Virus record (IMG/VR): IMGVR_UViG_3300017716_001911
Coordinates: 1 to 35,345 of that record
Direction: 5' to 3' (one strand)
Source: a virus
Lineage: Duplodnaviria; Caudoviricetes
Length of the DNA stretch: 35,345 bases
Shown: positions 1 through 8,982 of the stretch, piece by piece
Position numbering within the stretch: position 1 is the stretch's first letter
How the letters are laid out: every line of letters starts with the position of its first letter
Program-made: the position numbers and the translations under genes
Notes under the pieces: model-generated
The model's database searches: none
What the model saw: the letters and a program-made list of their open reading frames with translations, nothing else
Told to the model about the DNA's origin: nothing

Positions 1-123
1 AAATTATTAGGAAAACCTAAATTAGACCCAATTACAAATGAAACTACTTCTTAAACCTAACGACATACCACGAATAACTTCTTTATCGGGTAACATTGAT
101 ATTGATAGTTTAAAACCACATAT
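1..123. repeat. Terminal direct repeat, copy 1 (assembly overlap of a circular/permuted genome)
   Basis: 1-123 is identical to 35223-35345; the portal ORF end overlaps the start of the ORF seen at 38. Confidence 0.97.
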
Positions 124-496
124 TTTCACGGCTCAAGTAACCGACATTAAACGCATTTTAGGTAAGGATTTATACAATAAAATGTTAGATGATACTTTAG
201 TAGATGAGTATTTGACTATTTACGATGATTATTTAATTTACATTTTATCCTATTACGCAACCGCTTACTTTATTGATTTTGCTGGTGTGAAAGTGGTTAA
301 TAATGGTGTGGTTAAAATGACAATTGAAAACGCAGAAAATGCGGATTTAAAACAAACTCAAATACTTGCCGAAAAATATCGTAAATTAGCAATTAATTTT
401 GAGGGGCAGCTATTGGCATATTTAAAAACAATTACGATTCCTGAATACACAATCGAAAACGTAGTAAAGAAAAAACCTTTTAACACTTGGTACTAA
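38..496 (+). CDS. Putative head-tail adaptor/connector protein
   Basis: 152 aa; directly follows the portal across the circular junction; function from synteny. Confidence 0.55.
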   Translation: MKLLLKPNDIPRITSLSGNIDIDSLKPHIFTAQVTDIKRILGKDLYNKMLDDTLVDEYLTIYDDYLIYILSYYATAYFIDFAGVKVVNNGVVKMTIENAENADLKQTQILAEKYRKLAINFEGQLLAYLKTITIPEYTIENVVKKKPFNTWY

Positions 497-1528
497 ATGG
501 CACAAATCATACATAATACTTCAATGCCTGATGATGGATTAGGCGATGAGTTAAGAACCGCTTTTAATAATCAAAATTCAATGAACACCGAACTTTACAC
601 AACGAAAGTTGATAAAGTTACGGGTAAAGAATTAAGTTCAAATGATTACACTGATGCCGAGGTAGTAAAACTTGCGGGAATTGAATCGGGGGCAGAAGTA
701 AACGTTCAACCTGATTGGAATCAAGCCGATAACACGCAAGACGATTTTATTCAAAATAAACCTACATTATTATCGCAATTTACAAACGATACCGAGTTTA
801 TAACTATTGCAGATGCTTTACCTATTCGTGAGGTTAAACTTATTGAAGCATCTGAACCTTATACGATAGTACAAGAGGATACAAAAAAATTCGTAGTTTT
901 AACTCAAGATTTTGATGTAGTACTTCCTTTAGGGTTAGATGACAATTCAGAGTTTTATATAAAAAACATTAGCTCAAGTACAAGAGAAATAACCTTTGAT
1001 GTAAGCATTGAGTTTTTAGGTTCACCAATGATACCAGTAAACGGACTTTGTATTTTAAAGAAAGTCTTAGTAGATGGTGGTGCTGAAAAATGGAGTGTGA
1101 ATTTTATTAGTGAGGGCGATTTTGTTTTAAAGTCAGGCGATACAATGAGTGGTGATTTAAGAATGCCTTTCGATTCAGGCTATGGTTTGGTTTACGAAGA
1201 TGCAGACAAAAGAATTGGTTTTGTAATTGGCGACCAAGCTAAGATGATTAACTATGATTTAAACACCTCTAATTCAACTGAGTTAATAGTCACTGAAAGC
1301 AATATAACTGTAAATGGAACACTACCTACTTTTAAAGGTTTAGAGGGTCAAAATGACTATACTGATAACCTAACAGATTTATGTTACCCACAAAAGATTT
1401 ATGTTGATACTAAAATAGCAAAAGACAACGGTACAACTTACGATACTAATTTTATTAAGACCGTAACACAAGCGGAATATGATGCAATAACAACACCCGA
1501 CGCTACAACTTTATATTTTATAGTATAA
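497..1528 (+). CDS. Tail fibre / baseplate-attached structural protein
   Basis: N-terminal DDGLGDELRTAF and KVDKVTGKELSSNDYT...KLAGIE...NVQPDW...FIQNKP motifs typical of phage fibre proteins. Confidence 0.65.
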   Translation: MAQIIHNTSMPDDGLGDELRTAFNNQNSMNTELYTTKVDKVTGKELSSNDYTDAEVVKLAGIESGAEVNVQPDWNQADNTQDDFIQNKPTLLSQFTNDTEFITIADALPIREVKLIEASEPYTIVQEDTKKFVVLTQDFDVVLPLGLDDNSEFYIKNISSSTREITFDVSIEFLGSPMIPVNGLCILKKVLVDGGAEKWSVNFISEGDFVLKSGDTMSGDLRMPFDSGYGLVYEDADKRIGFVIGDQAKMINYDLNTSNSTELIVTESNITVNGTLPTFKGLEGQNDYTDNLTDLCYPQKIYVDTKIAKDNGTTYDTNFIKTVTQAEYDAITTPDATTLYFIV

Positions 1529-2421
1529 TGAAAATAGGAAGTACAGATATAATTGATTGTAAAATTGGAAGTACTCAAGTAAATAAAGTTTATTTGGGTA
1601 GTAATTTGGTGTGGGAAAAAGATACCAGTTACGATGCAGATGCACAAGCATTTTTAACGGCAACTGGGATTCCTAATGATGGAACTATATTTTTTGCAGG
1701 GACACCACAAGAAATTACAGGACAAAATCTTTCTAATGCGGTTAATCAATTAGTTTTAGATTTGAAAGGTTATGGTCTTTGGAATAAAATGCACGCTATT
1801 TATCCATTTGTTGGCGGTACGTCTTTTACCCATAAATTCAATCTAAAAGACCCGAGAGATTTAGATGTAGCTTTTAGAATAGCTTTTAATGGAACTTTTA
1901 CACATTCGTCAAATGGAATCGCTGGTAATGGAAGCAATGCTTTTGCAAATACTTTTTTTGTGCCAAGTGCTAATTTAAGTACTACATCGCAACATATCTC
2001 AATTTATAGTAGGACAAATTCAGCTCAAGCGGTTAGGGATTGCGGTTCTTATTCAGTTAGTTCGGACGCTATGGTAATGGCTTGTAGATGGAGTGATAGC
2101 AATGGTTATTTTGATATCGGGAGTAATTTTGTAGCTAATTTTATGACTGACTCTTTAGGTCATTATTTAGTTAGAAAAAACACAACAAATCAAACATCAA
2201 TTTTAAAAAATGGTGTATTAATTAACACTGCTACTTCGGGAGATACAATTTCAAATAGAAATATATATTTATCAGCTTTGAATAATAATAACACTGCAAC
2301 CGCATTTTCAAATAGACAATATGCATTTGTATCAATTGGAGATGGATTAACAGACGCAGAAGTATTAAATAGTTACATTTTAGTACAAGCATTTCAAACA
2401 ACATTAAGTAGAAATGTATAA
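1528..2421 (+). CDS. Putative receptor-binding/tail-associated protein with beta-rich (lectin-like) C-terminus
   Basis: 297 aa, S/N/T/G-rich, coupled to the fibre gene by a TAATG overlap. Confidence 0.5.
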   Translation: MKIGSTDIIDCKIGSTQVNKVYLGSNLVWEKDTSYDADAQAFLTATGIPNDGTIFFAGTPQEITGQNLSNAVNQLVLDLKGYGLWNKMHAIYPFVGGTSFTHKFNLKDPRDLDVAFRIAFNGTFTHSSNGIAGNGSNAFANTFFVPSANLSTTSQHISIYSRTNSAQAVRDCGSYSVSSDAMVMACRWSDSNGYFDIGSNFVANFMTDSLGHYLVRKNTTNQTSILKNGVLINTATSGDTISNRNIYLSALNNNNTATAFSNRQYAFVSIGDGLTDAEVLNSYILVQAFQTTLSRNV

Positions 2422-2437
2422 ATAAAACAAATATAAA

Positions 2438-2581
2438 ATGACAGAAGAACAACTTATTATTGTTTCCTTTGACAAGGAAGCAACACCAGAGCAAATGAAA
2501 TTAGCTCAGCAATTAGTCGAAGTGATGACTAATGAAAAAACAAAAGTATTAATCGTTGGGGGTCGTCCAAATGATAGGTAA
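2438..2581 (+). CDS. Small hypothetical protein (47 aa, MTEEQLII...GGRPNDR)
   Basis: Read by eye, not in ORF track; A-rich leader, fills the intergenic gap. Confidence 0.55.
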   Translation: MTEEQLIIVSFDKEATPEQMKLAQQLVEVMTNEKTKVLIVGGRPNDR

Positions 2582-2885
2582 AACCAAAATATTAAACGCA
2601 ATTTTAATTTTCGCACTGATGCTTTCGGTATCAGTGCGTAATTTTGCGTTTGTATTTCCTAAACATTTTTATTATATTTCAGAAAGTGTTTTAATTTTTG
2701 TTGTAAGTTTGTATTTGTATTCTTATATCAAAAATTTTTGTACGTTTTTAATTTTTGGATTGAGTATAAATAATTTACTTGATGAATTATTTTTCAATCC
2801 TTTAGTTTTAGGAATAAATGAAATTGTTTTTGCAATAGTATTAATATTAATATCAGTATTTCGTTATGTTAGGAGAAAACCATAA
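2571..2885 (+). CDS. Multi-TM membrane protein (holin/antiholin candidate)
   Basis: About four hydrophobic segments and a basic C-terminus, in lysis region; ATG 2571 preferred over TTG 2556. Confidence 0.5.
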   Translation: MIGKTKILNAILIFALMLSVSVRNFAFVFPKHFYYISESVLIFVVSLYLYSYIKNFCTFLIFGLSINNLLDELFFNPLVLGINEIVFAIVLILISVFRYVRRKP

Positions 2886-3219
2886 TTTTTTAGAGCAATT
2901 ATATGAATTTTTTTGTAAAATATTTTTTCCTGCATTTAGCGGAGTATCAATAAAATTAGCTACAATGATGAGTAAAGAAAAAATAACACCTTTGAGAGCT
3001 ATTTTAAGCTATGTTGTAGGTATAGGAATAACATATTTGGTTTATCCTTTAGTATTAGAATATTCAAGTGAAAATATGATACCTATGTTTATAGCTATTA
3101 TAGCGATGTCTGGGGAAAAAATAAGTGAATTTTTAATATATAAATGGAATATAGATACATTTTTAACTTCTATTTTAGATGCTTTTAAAGACACTTTAAT
3201 TAAGCTTATAAATAAATAA
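2866..3219 (+). CDS. Putative holin
   Basis: 117 aa with 2-3 TM segments, immediately upstream of the endolysin. Confidence 0.6.
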   Translation: MLGENHNFLEQLYEFFCKIFFPAFSGVSIKLATMMSKEKITPLRAILSYVVGIGITYLVYPLVLEYSSENMIPMFIAIIAMSGEKISEFLIYKWNIDTFLTSILDAFKDTLIKLINK

Positions 3220-3226
3220 TAGAATT

Positions 3227-3691
3227 ATGATAACAACAACACAAGCTACTAATAAATACGGAATACCGAGTAAAAACCCGAACTATTTAGTCACTTTACA
3301 ATTACCTTATCCAATGCGTTTAAGTTGGGATAAAAATGTAAAAGTAAATAAAATGCAATGTCACAAATTAGTACACGATAAATTTAAGTCGGTATTTACG
3401 GAACTTTTAGAAGTTTACGGATATGAAAAGATAGTTGAATTAGGAATTGATTTATTTGGTGGGTGTTTTAATTTTCGTGCAATGCGTGGCGGAACTGCAC
3501 CAAGCCGTCACTCGTGGGGAATAGCAATCGACCTTGACCCTGAGCGAAACCAATTAAAAACACAATGGTCAAACGCTCAATTTTCTAAACCCGAATATAA
3601 ACCTATGATTGATATATTCTATAAAAACGGATTTGTAAGTTTAGGAAAAGAAAAGGGGTTTGACGCAATGCATTTTGAAGTAAAAGAATAA
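3227..3691 (+). CDS. Endolysin, peptidase M15 family (L-Ala-D-Glu peptidase-like)
   Basis: SRHSWGIAIDLDP (SxHxxGxAxD) and DAMHFE zinc-ligand motifs. Confidence 0.88.
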   Translation: MITTTQATNKYGIPSKNPNYLVTLQLPYPMRLSWDKNVKVNKMQCHKLVHDKFKSVFTELLEVYGYEKIVELGIDLFGGCFNFRAMRGGTAPSRHSWGIAIDLDPERNQLKTQWSNAQFSKPEYKPMIDIFYKNGFVSLGKEKGFDAMHFEVKE

Positions 3692-3730
3692 CGTACTTTA
3701 TGTATGTTCCTTTTGTCACGCCAGACACTA

Positions 3731-3756
3731 ACCACTTCTAACGAGGTGGTTTTTTT
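3731..3756 (+). terminator. Intrinsic terminator after endolysin
   Basis: ACCACTTC-TAAC-GAGGTGGT followed by T run. Confidence 0.8.
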
Positions 3757-3819
3757 GTCGCAAATATTAACTACAATTGCGACAATATTTATTTAAAATC
3801 ATTATAAATTACTTACATT

Positions 3820-3851
3820 TTTGTAATATAAAGTTTAATTTATTAGTTTTG
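3820..3851 (+). promoter_or_regulatory. Bacteroidota housekeeping-sigma promoter (-33 TTTG, -7 TAGTTTTG)
   Basis: TTTG-N20-TAnnTTTG upstream of ORF 3873. Confidence 0.6.
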
Positions 3852-3872
3852 GGTAACTTAAACAAATAAATT

Positions 3873-5054
3873 ATGAAAATTGAACGTAGATTAACACATC
3901 TTGAGGCTATTGCTTTAGGTTTTGAAGTGAAACAAAAGTATAAAGAGGGCAACCCGAAATATAGTTTGTCACCCGACGAAATTAACCAACTCGGAAAACT
4001 AAGGGAACTACACAAAACACAATTTAAAGAGGTTAAACGTACTTTAAACGAAAATGGAAAAGTAATATCTACAATCGAAAAACTAAGCCCTAAAGAGTTA
4101 ATCGATATTCCTTTAAACCACGAAATTAAAAGAGTTTCTACAAATGTTTCAACCCAGCAACAATGGGTAATTACTGAGCCTATAAAAGGAGAAACTAAAA
4201 AAGATATAGAAGAATTAAAAACATTACTTTTAAGCGATTTAAAGCAATATTCTCCAAAATACAACACTTATATTAGAGAAGAAGTAAACGAGGCTCATTT
4301 ATTAGTTATTGATCCAGCAGATATACATATCGGCAAATTATGTAGTGCGTTTGAAGTTGGTGAAAATTATAACAATCAAATAGCAGTACAAAGAGTTCTA
4401 AATGGTGTTAATGGAATTTTAAACAAAGTTAGTAGTTTAAATATTGATAAAATATTATTCGTAATCGGTAACGATGTTTTACATATTGACAACCCAAAAC
4501 GAACTACAACAAGCGGAACACCACAAGATACGGACGGAATGTGGCACTCTAATTTTTTAATAGCTAAACAATTGTATGTAGATATTATTGAAAAATTAAT
4601 ATCTGTTGCTGATGTTGATGTTGTTTTTAATCCGTCAAACCACGATTATACAAATGGTTTCTTTTTAGCACAATTAATAGAAACGCATTTTAGAAATTGT
4701 GATAATGTAAAATTTGATTGTGCAATTTCACATAGAAAATATTTTCAATATTATAATAACCTTGTTGGAACTACTCACGGAGATGGAGCAAAAATGTTAG
4801 ATTTACCAATGTTAATGGCTACAGAAGCACCGAAAGAATGGAGCGAAAGTAAACATCGTTATATTTATGTGCATCATTTACATCATAAATGGAGTAAAGA
4901 CGTAATGAGCGTATGTGTTGAGGGTTTACGCTCTCCAAGTGGTACAGATAGTTGGCATCATAGAAACGGCTACGAACACGCACCAAAAGCAGTTGAGGGT
5001 TTTGTTCACCATAAAGAACACGGACAAATTATGCGAATTACACATATTTTTTAA
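3873..5054 (+). CDS. Calcineurin-like metallophosphoesterase
   Basis: DIHIG, GNDVLH, NHD, HGD and HHLHH motifs in canonical order. Confidence 0.82.
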   Translation: MKIERRLTHLEAIALGFEVKQKYKEGNPKYSLSPDEINQLGKLRELHKTQFKEVKRTLNENGKVISTIEKLSPKELIDIPLNHEIKRVSTNVSTQQQWVITEPIKGETKKDIEELKTLLLSDLKQYSPKYNTYIREEVNEAHLLVIDPADIHIGKLCSAFEVGENYNNQIAVQRVLNGVNGILNKVSSLNIDKILFVIGNDVLHIDNPKRTTTSGTPQDTDGMWHSNFLIAKQLYVDIIEKLISVADVDVVFNPSNHDYTNGFFLAQLIETHFRNCDNVKFDCAISHRKYFQYYNNLVGTTHGDGAKMLDLPMLMATEAPKEWSESKHRYIYVHHLHHKWSKDVMSVCVEGLRSPSGTDSWHHRNGYEHAPKAVEGFVHHKEHGQIMRITHIF

Positions 5055-5100
5055 CCTAAAAAGGCTATAAACTAACTTTATACATTAAAAAGGCTATATT

Positions 5101-5274
5101 ATGCAAACACCTTACCAACGAATAAAAAAAGTTATTAATTTCTACTATAGTAGAGGCGTAAATTCTGAAAGAGTAAACGAGTTACATAGAAAAATAATAG
5201 CACCAAAATTTAAAAATAGTACGTACTACGAAAATCAATTTAAACCTAAAGATTATGGAAATCACAAAATGTAG
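5101..5274 (+). CDS. Small hypothetical protein (57 aa, MQTPYQRIKK...)
   Basis: Read by eye, not in ORF track. Confidence 0.5.
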   Translation: MQTPYQRIKKVINFYYSRGVNSERVNELHRKIIAPKFKNSTYYENQFKPKDYGNHKM

Positions 5275-5452
5275 CGGAAAAAATTGCAACTTAAAAGATA
5301 CTTGTTACAGATATACGGCAAAGTCAGAAAGCGAATTGCAATCGTATTTTGTTGAGGCACCAATTAAAGAAGGAAAATGTGATATGTATTGGGGAGAAGA
5401 AAGCACAAGAATATTAAACGATGTTAAAAACATTTTAAACGGAAAATTATGA
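5255..5452 (+). CDS. Small Cys-rich hypothetical protein
   Basis: ITKC-x4-C-x4-CYRY...C pattern. Confidence 0.7.
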   Translation: MEITKCSGKNCNLKDTCYRYTAKSESELQSYFVEAPIKEGKCDMYWGEESTRILNDVKNILNGKL

Positions 5453-5610
5453 AAATAAGCATTGAAGCACACGACAAAACACACACAACCGAAACCGATT
5501 TTTATAGTTTAACTACTGATGAAGTAGCGGAAATTGTAACTAATTTATTAGTTTGCGTAGGTTATACAAAAGAGTCAATTATTAATGCATTTAAAGAAAT
5601 AGAATTATGA
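5449..5610 (+). CDS. Small hypothetical protein (53 aa, MKISIEAH...)
   Basis: ATGA overlaps with both neighbours. Confidence 0.6.
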   Translation: MKISIEAHDKTHTTETDFYSLTTDEVAEIVTNLLVCVGYTKESIINAFKEIEL

Positions 5611-6104
5611 TTGCACATACAATAAATAATTACATAAGATTAGGGTGGCGGTTATTCTTTGTTGTTCTACTAATTGCTTTGGGTTGTTCTTGTGCATCTC
5701 GAAAAACAAATACCGAGAAAGTCAAAGAAGTTCAGAAAATAGAAGTAAGCGAAATTATTACCGATAAAACCGAAATTGAAACGAATGTGAAAGTAATTGA
5801 TTGCACCGACATTCAAGAGCAAATAATAGAACCAATTGACAACACTAAAGAAATAGTTATAAATGGCAAAGTTTACAAAAACGTTCGATTTAAGACGCTG
5901 AAAAAGAAAAATAATATTACTACCGATGCAAAGGAAGTTGTTCAAAATAACGTCGTTAAAAAAGCAAATGTAAAGACAGAAACAAAGATTGATAAAAAGA
6001 TAAAAGAAACCGAGCGTAAAAGTTCGTACTGGTGGCTACTTTGGTTTTTATTAATTATTCCGATTTATTTTTTTTATAAGAAATATTTTGGTAAATCGAT
6101 TTAA
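5607..6104 (+). CDS. Lipoprotein with C-terminal TM helix (unimolecular spanin-like)
   Basis: Hydrophobic signal plus LGCSC lipobox-like motif; C-terminal YWWLLWFLLIIPIYFF. Confidence 0.6.
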   Translation: MIAHTINNYIRLGWRLFFVVLLIALGCSCASRKTNTEKVKEVQKIEVSEIITDKTEIETNVKVIDCTDIQEQIIEPIDNTKEIVINGKVYKNVRFKTLKKKNNITTDAKEVVQNNVVKKANVKTETKIDKKIKETERKSSYWWLLWFLLIIPIYFFYKKYFGKSI

Positions 6105-6109
6105 TTGTT

Positions 6110-6231
6110 TAAGTTTGTTACTGACTATTGATATTGGATTGAGGCGTCCTCGGTCGATTAGTAGTTTTTTCATAATTAAGTTTTTTTGGTTTAGGTTAGT
6201 TAAAGCGGTGTAGAAATACATCGCTTTTTTT
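6110..6231 (+). ncRNA. Candidate small RNA (about 110 nt) with its promoter and terminator
   Basis: TAAGTTTG box at 6110, hairpin GATTGAGG/CCTCGGTC, no sense ORF, terminator 6202-6231. Confidence 0.5.
6202..6231 (+). terminator. Intrinsic terminator
   Basis: AAAGCGGTGTA-GAAA-TACATCGC followed by T7. Confidence 0.85.
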
Positions 6232-6303
6232 GTACCTTATTTAGAATGATTAAAAATATTGATTATTTAATTCAAATTATTTTAATTAATCAATTTAATT
6301 AAT

Positions 6304-6311
6304 TACATTTG
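6304..6311 (+). promoter_or_regulatory. Bacteroidota -7 promoter box
   Basis: TACATTTG upstream of ORF 6336. Confidence 0.6.
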
Positions 6312-6335
6312 CTTATTAATTTTAAATAACCAATT

Positions 6336-6482
6336 ATGAAAACAGAAAAAAAGAAAGTCGGAGCAAAACCAAAGTACAAAGAAAATGTAATTACAGAAAC
6401 TTTACATGTACTTATTCCAAGTGAAAAAAAAGAGGATTGTTTAAAAGCTATTGCTCGTATTGTTTATCCTTATAAATATTAA
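6336..6482 (+). CDS. Small basic protein, possible ribbon-helix-helix DNA-binding protein (48 aa)
   Basis: Read by eye: MKTEKKKVGAKPKYKE...LHVLIP; first gene after the promoter. Confidence 0.55.
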   Translation: MKTEKKKVGAKPKYKENVITETLHVLIPSEKKEDCLKAIARIVYPYKY

Positions 6483-6485
6483 ATT

Positions 6486-6932
6486 ATGGTAGGAATTTAT
6501 AAAATAACTAATCCAAAAGGTAAAGTTTATATTGGGCAAAGTACCAATATTGAAAGGAGATTTAGACAATATTATAATATCAAAAGTAGCAAACTACAAT
6601 TAAAATTACATTATTCTTTTTTAAAATATGGAATTGAAAACCATAATTTTGAGATAATATGCCTATGTGATTTAAAGGATTTGAATATTACAGAAAGATA
6701 TTACCAAGAAACTTATAACGCAGTTTATAATGGTTTAAATTGTGTTTTTACTACTGAGTCAGAAAATAAAGAGTATGTAGCTGGCAGACCACAAGATAAT
6801 AGGGATATTTTAAAAGTATCTCTATTATCTAAAACAAACAAATCCATAAACTACTCTATCCGCTTAAAAGATGGAGTTTCAATTGCAGATGGGTTGCAAG
6901 AAATTATTAAACAATTAAAAAAAAATAAATAA
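6486..6932 (+). CDS. GIY-YIG endonuclease (homing-endonuclease-like)
   Basis: GIYKITNPKGKVYIGQS...RFRQY...ERYY...LN motifs. Confidence 0.9.
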   Translation: MVGIYKITNPKGKVYIGQSTNIERRFRQYYNIKSSKLQLKLHYSFLKYGIENHNFEIICLCDLKDLNITERYYQETYNAVYNGLNCVFTTESENKEYVAGRPQDNRDILKVSLLSKTNKSINYSIRLKDGVSIADGLQEIIKQLKKNK

Positions 6933-6934
6933 AG

Positions 6935-7195
6935 ATGAGTAGAGAAGATTTAGATTTTCTAAACCCAAACGAGATTGAGGGTATAGAACCAAACGAACCG
7001 CAAACGCTACAAGAGTGTTTAGACTTTGCAAGAGAGTTCGATGATTACGAACCTTTAGAAAATGCGATTTACGAAACCGAGAAAAAGATTGAATTAGCAC
7101 AAGAATTGCTTAAACAATATATTGACGAATGCGCACAAATGACAAACGGAATTGTCAAAAGTAGATTTACTAAAATTTTAAATGTATTGAAATGA
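6935..7195 (+). CDS. Hypothetical protein
   Basis: ORF in tightly packed operon. Confidence 0.7.
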   Translation: MSREDLDFLNPNEIEGIEPNEPQTLQECLDFAREFDDYEPLENAIYETEKKIELAQELLKQYIDECAQMTNGIVKSRFTKILNVLK

Positions 7196-7443
7196 AACCA
7201 ACACTTTTTTTAATCGGAATGATTTTATCCGCTCTCGGGATATTAACTGGTATATTTTACGACACGCACTATTTTATATTTCTATTTATCGGACTTATTT
7301 TGATACTGATAAAAGGAACGACAAACACTAACGATTTTACGTGTAAGTTTGCCGAATGGTATCTACACGAACTTATAATCAATAAATCAAAACTAACAAC
7401 AAAGGAATTATTAAACAAATTTAAAAATGAATATTATGAGTAA
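7192..7443 (+). CDS. Two-TM membrane protein with C-terminal FAEW-type domain
   Basis: Two hydrophobic helices then KFAEW...TTKELLNKF. Confidence 0.7.
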   Translation: MKPTLFLIGMILSALGILTGIFYDTHYFIFLFIGLILILIKGTTNTNDFTCKFAEWYLHELIINKSKLTTKELLNKFKNEYYE

Positions 7444-8179
7444 ACCAACATTACAAGAAGTAAAAGAGTATTTTAAAAATGCTAAAGAGGTAATATGCAA
7501 TGAGAATAAAAAACTAGGTGAAATTTTTGAAATTGACACAACCTCAATTAAGTATCTAAACAAGTATTCAAGTCGAATTGTTTGTAATTCTATTAAAAAT
7601 GATACCTCTTACGTTTCTTTATTTCATAATGGACAATACGCCGAAATAATATCTTACAAAGAACCACTTTACCAACTAACCGCAAAAGAGATTAAACACG
7701 CTTACGAAAATCCGCAATGGTTAAAAGATACTTTTAAAGAGTGTTTTAAAACGGAGTTGGAAGTTGGGAAATGGTATAAAAGAAAAGGTGAGTTATTAGT
7801 TTGGAATGGAGGTAAGGATACTTACGGATTTACCCAAAATGGTTTTTTTAGCAATACTATGGCTTGTACTTATATAGATAATAATGAACCAGCCCCAAAA
7901 AAAGAAGTAGAAGAGGCACTTGTTAAAGAGGCTATTAAGAGGGGGTTTAAAGAGGGTGTTCATATTCATAGACCTTTTTGGAACGATTTAAAAGATTGCA
8001 TTATTGATAAAGATAATTTTCCAGAAGACATGGACTATTTTTATGACTTTAGAAAAGACTATTTAGAAGTAAAGGGTTTTGTAGTTTACTCAAAAGGTCA
8101 ATGGGCAGAAATACTAACGCCCACCTACACAATAGCCGAAGCAGAATCTAAGTTTAACATTAAAATCAAAGCCGTTTAA
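7436..8179 (+). CDS. Hypothetical protein
   Basis: About 250 aa; start at 7436 or 7427. Confidence 0.75.
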   Translation: MSKPTLQEVKEYFKNAKEVICNENKKLGEIFEIDTTSIKYLNKYSSRIVCNSIKNDTSYVSLFHNGQYAEIISYKEPLYQLTAKEIKHAYENPQWLKDTFKECFKTELEVGKWYKRKGELLVWNGGKDTYGFTQNGFFSNTMACTYIDNNEPAPKKEVEEALVKEAIKRGFKEGVHIHRPFWNDLKDCIIDKDNFPEDMDYFYDFRKDYLEVKGFVVYSKGQWAEILTPTYTIAEAESKFNIKIKAV

Positions 8180-8191
8180 TTACGGCTTTTT
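8168..8191 (+). terminator. Intrinsic terminator
   Basis: AAAGCCGT-TTAATT-ACGGCTTTTT. Confidence 0.75.
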
Positions 8192-8265
8192 ATTTAGAAT
8201 GAATTTAAATAAGATAATAACTTTAAAAAAACTATTAAAAAGTTTTTAAATGTAAAAAAGGGTTG

Positions 8266-8273
8266 TATATTTG
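8266..8273 (+). promoter_or_regulatory. Bacteroidota -7 promoter box; likely drives the operon running through array 1
   Basis: TATATTTG after a terminator, before ATG 8308. Confidence 0.65.
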
Positions 8274-8307
8274 TACTCAGATAATAACAATTAAAAAAAT
8301 AGAAATT

Positions 8308-8523
8308 ATGACAACTAAAGAAAAATTAAACAAAATGTTAGAATGCGCTTATAATGAATTAAGCGTTGTTTTTAATAGTGATGGCAATGTTTTAACAAAA
8401 AAAGAATTAAAGCCTTTTGCAATCAGAATTGTTTTAAATAAAATAAATTTTGCGATACAAGTATGTCAAGATAAGAAAATAGAATATAATAATTTATCAG
8501 AAATAAAAAACTTAATTTATTAA
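8308..8523 (+). CDS. Hypothetical protein
   Basis: ATG 8308 with aaatt leader preferred over TTG 8263. Confidence 0.65.
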   Translation: MTTKEKLNKMLECAYNELSVVFNSDGNVLTKKELKPFAIRIVLNKINFAIQVCQDKKIEYNNLSEIKNLIY

Positions 8524-8524
8524 T

Positions 8525-8680
8525 ATGAAAAAAAGAGGCAGAACAGAAGTAGACCCTAACGAGAAAATAACACTCGTTAGGTTGTGGGTTAAGAAATTAA
8601 CCATAAACACATTAGGCGAGGAAAACATAAAACAAGAGTGCGCCAAAACAATCGAAACAATGTTAAACAATTTAAATTAA
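8525..8680 (+). CDS. Small basic protein, possible RHH-type regulator (51 aa)
   Basis: Read by eye: MKKRGRTEVDPNEKITLVRLWVK... Confidence 0.55.
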   Translation: MKKRGRTEVDPNEKITLVRLWVKKLTINTLGEENIKQECAKTIETMLNNLN

Positions 8681-8686
8681 AAAGTT

Positions 8687-8836
8687 ATGCCAACAAAAAA
8701 ATACGAAATACTTTTAGATAATAAAGTAATTGACACATCTTATTCTTATTTATCTTTTTGTAGTGTATTAGATTACTATACAAGAATATATTCAGAATTA
8801 GGTAGAGTAACAACTAAAATAACTGACTTAGTATGA
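8687..8836 (+). CDS. Small hypothetical protein (49 aa)
   Basis: Read by eye; ATGA overlap with the next ORF. Confidence 0.55.
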   Translation: MPTKKYEILLDNKVIDTSYSYLSFCSVLDYYTRIYSELGRVTTKITDLV

Positions 8837-8982
8837 CACCACCAAAAACACCAAAAGAAGTTATTTTAAGCGAACACTACAAAGAAGTATTATCTTACTA
8901 CGAAATCGTTCCACAAGTGATAATAGACGCTTTTAAACGTGACGTAGAAGAGATACGAAAAGAAAACCCGATTTATCAATAA
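8833..8982 (+). CDS. Small hypothetical protein (49 aa); its stop codon is the TAA of the first array TAAC
   Basis: Read by eye: MTPPKTPKEV...NPIYQ*. Confidence 0.6.
   Translation: MTPPKTPKEVILSEHYKEVLSYYEIVPQVIIDAFKRDVEEIRKENPIYQ

Noticed and set aside
1-123. Biological terminal repeat of the virion DNA
   Set aside because: It falls inside overlapping coding sequence, is k-mer sized, and the terminase resembles headful types; most likely assembler overlap
497-2421. Diversity-generating retroelement targeting the tail fibres
   Set aside because: No reverse transcriptase and no template/variable repeat pair seen
3689-3750. TAACG after the endolysin as a further cassette site
   Set aside because: No partner stem ending in GTTA; the hairpin here is an ordinary terminator
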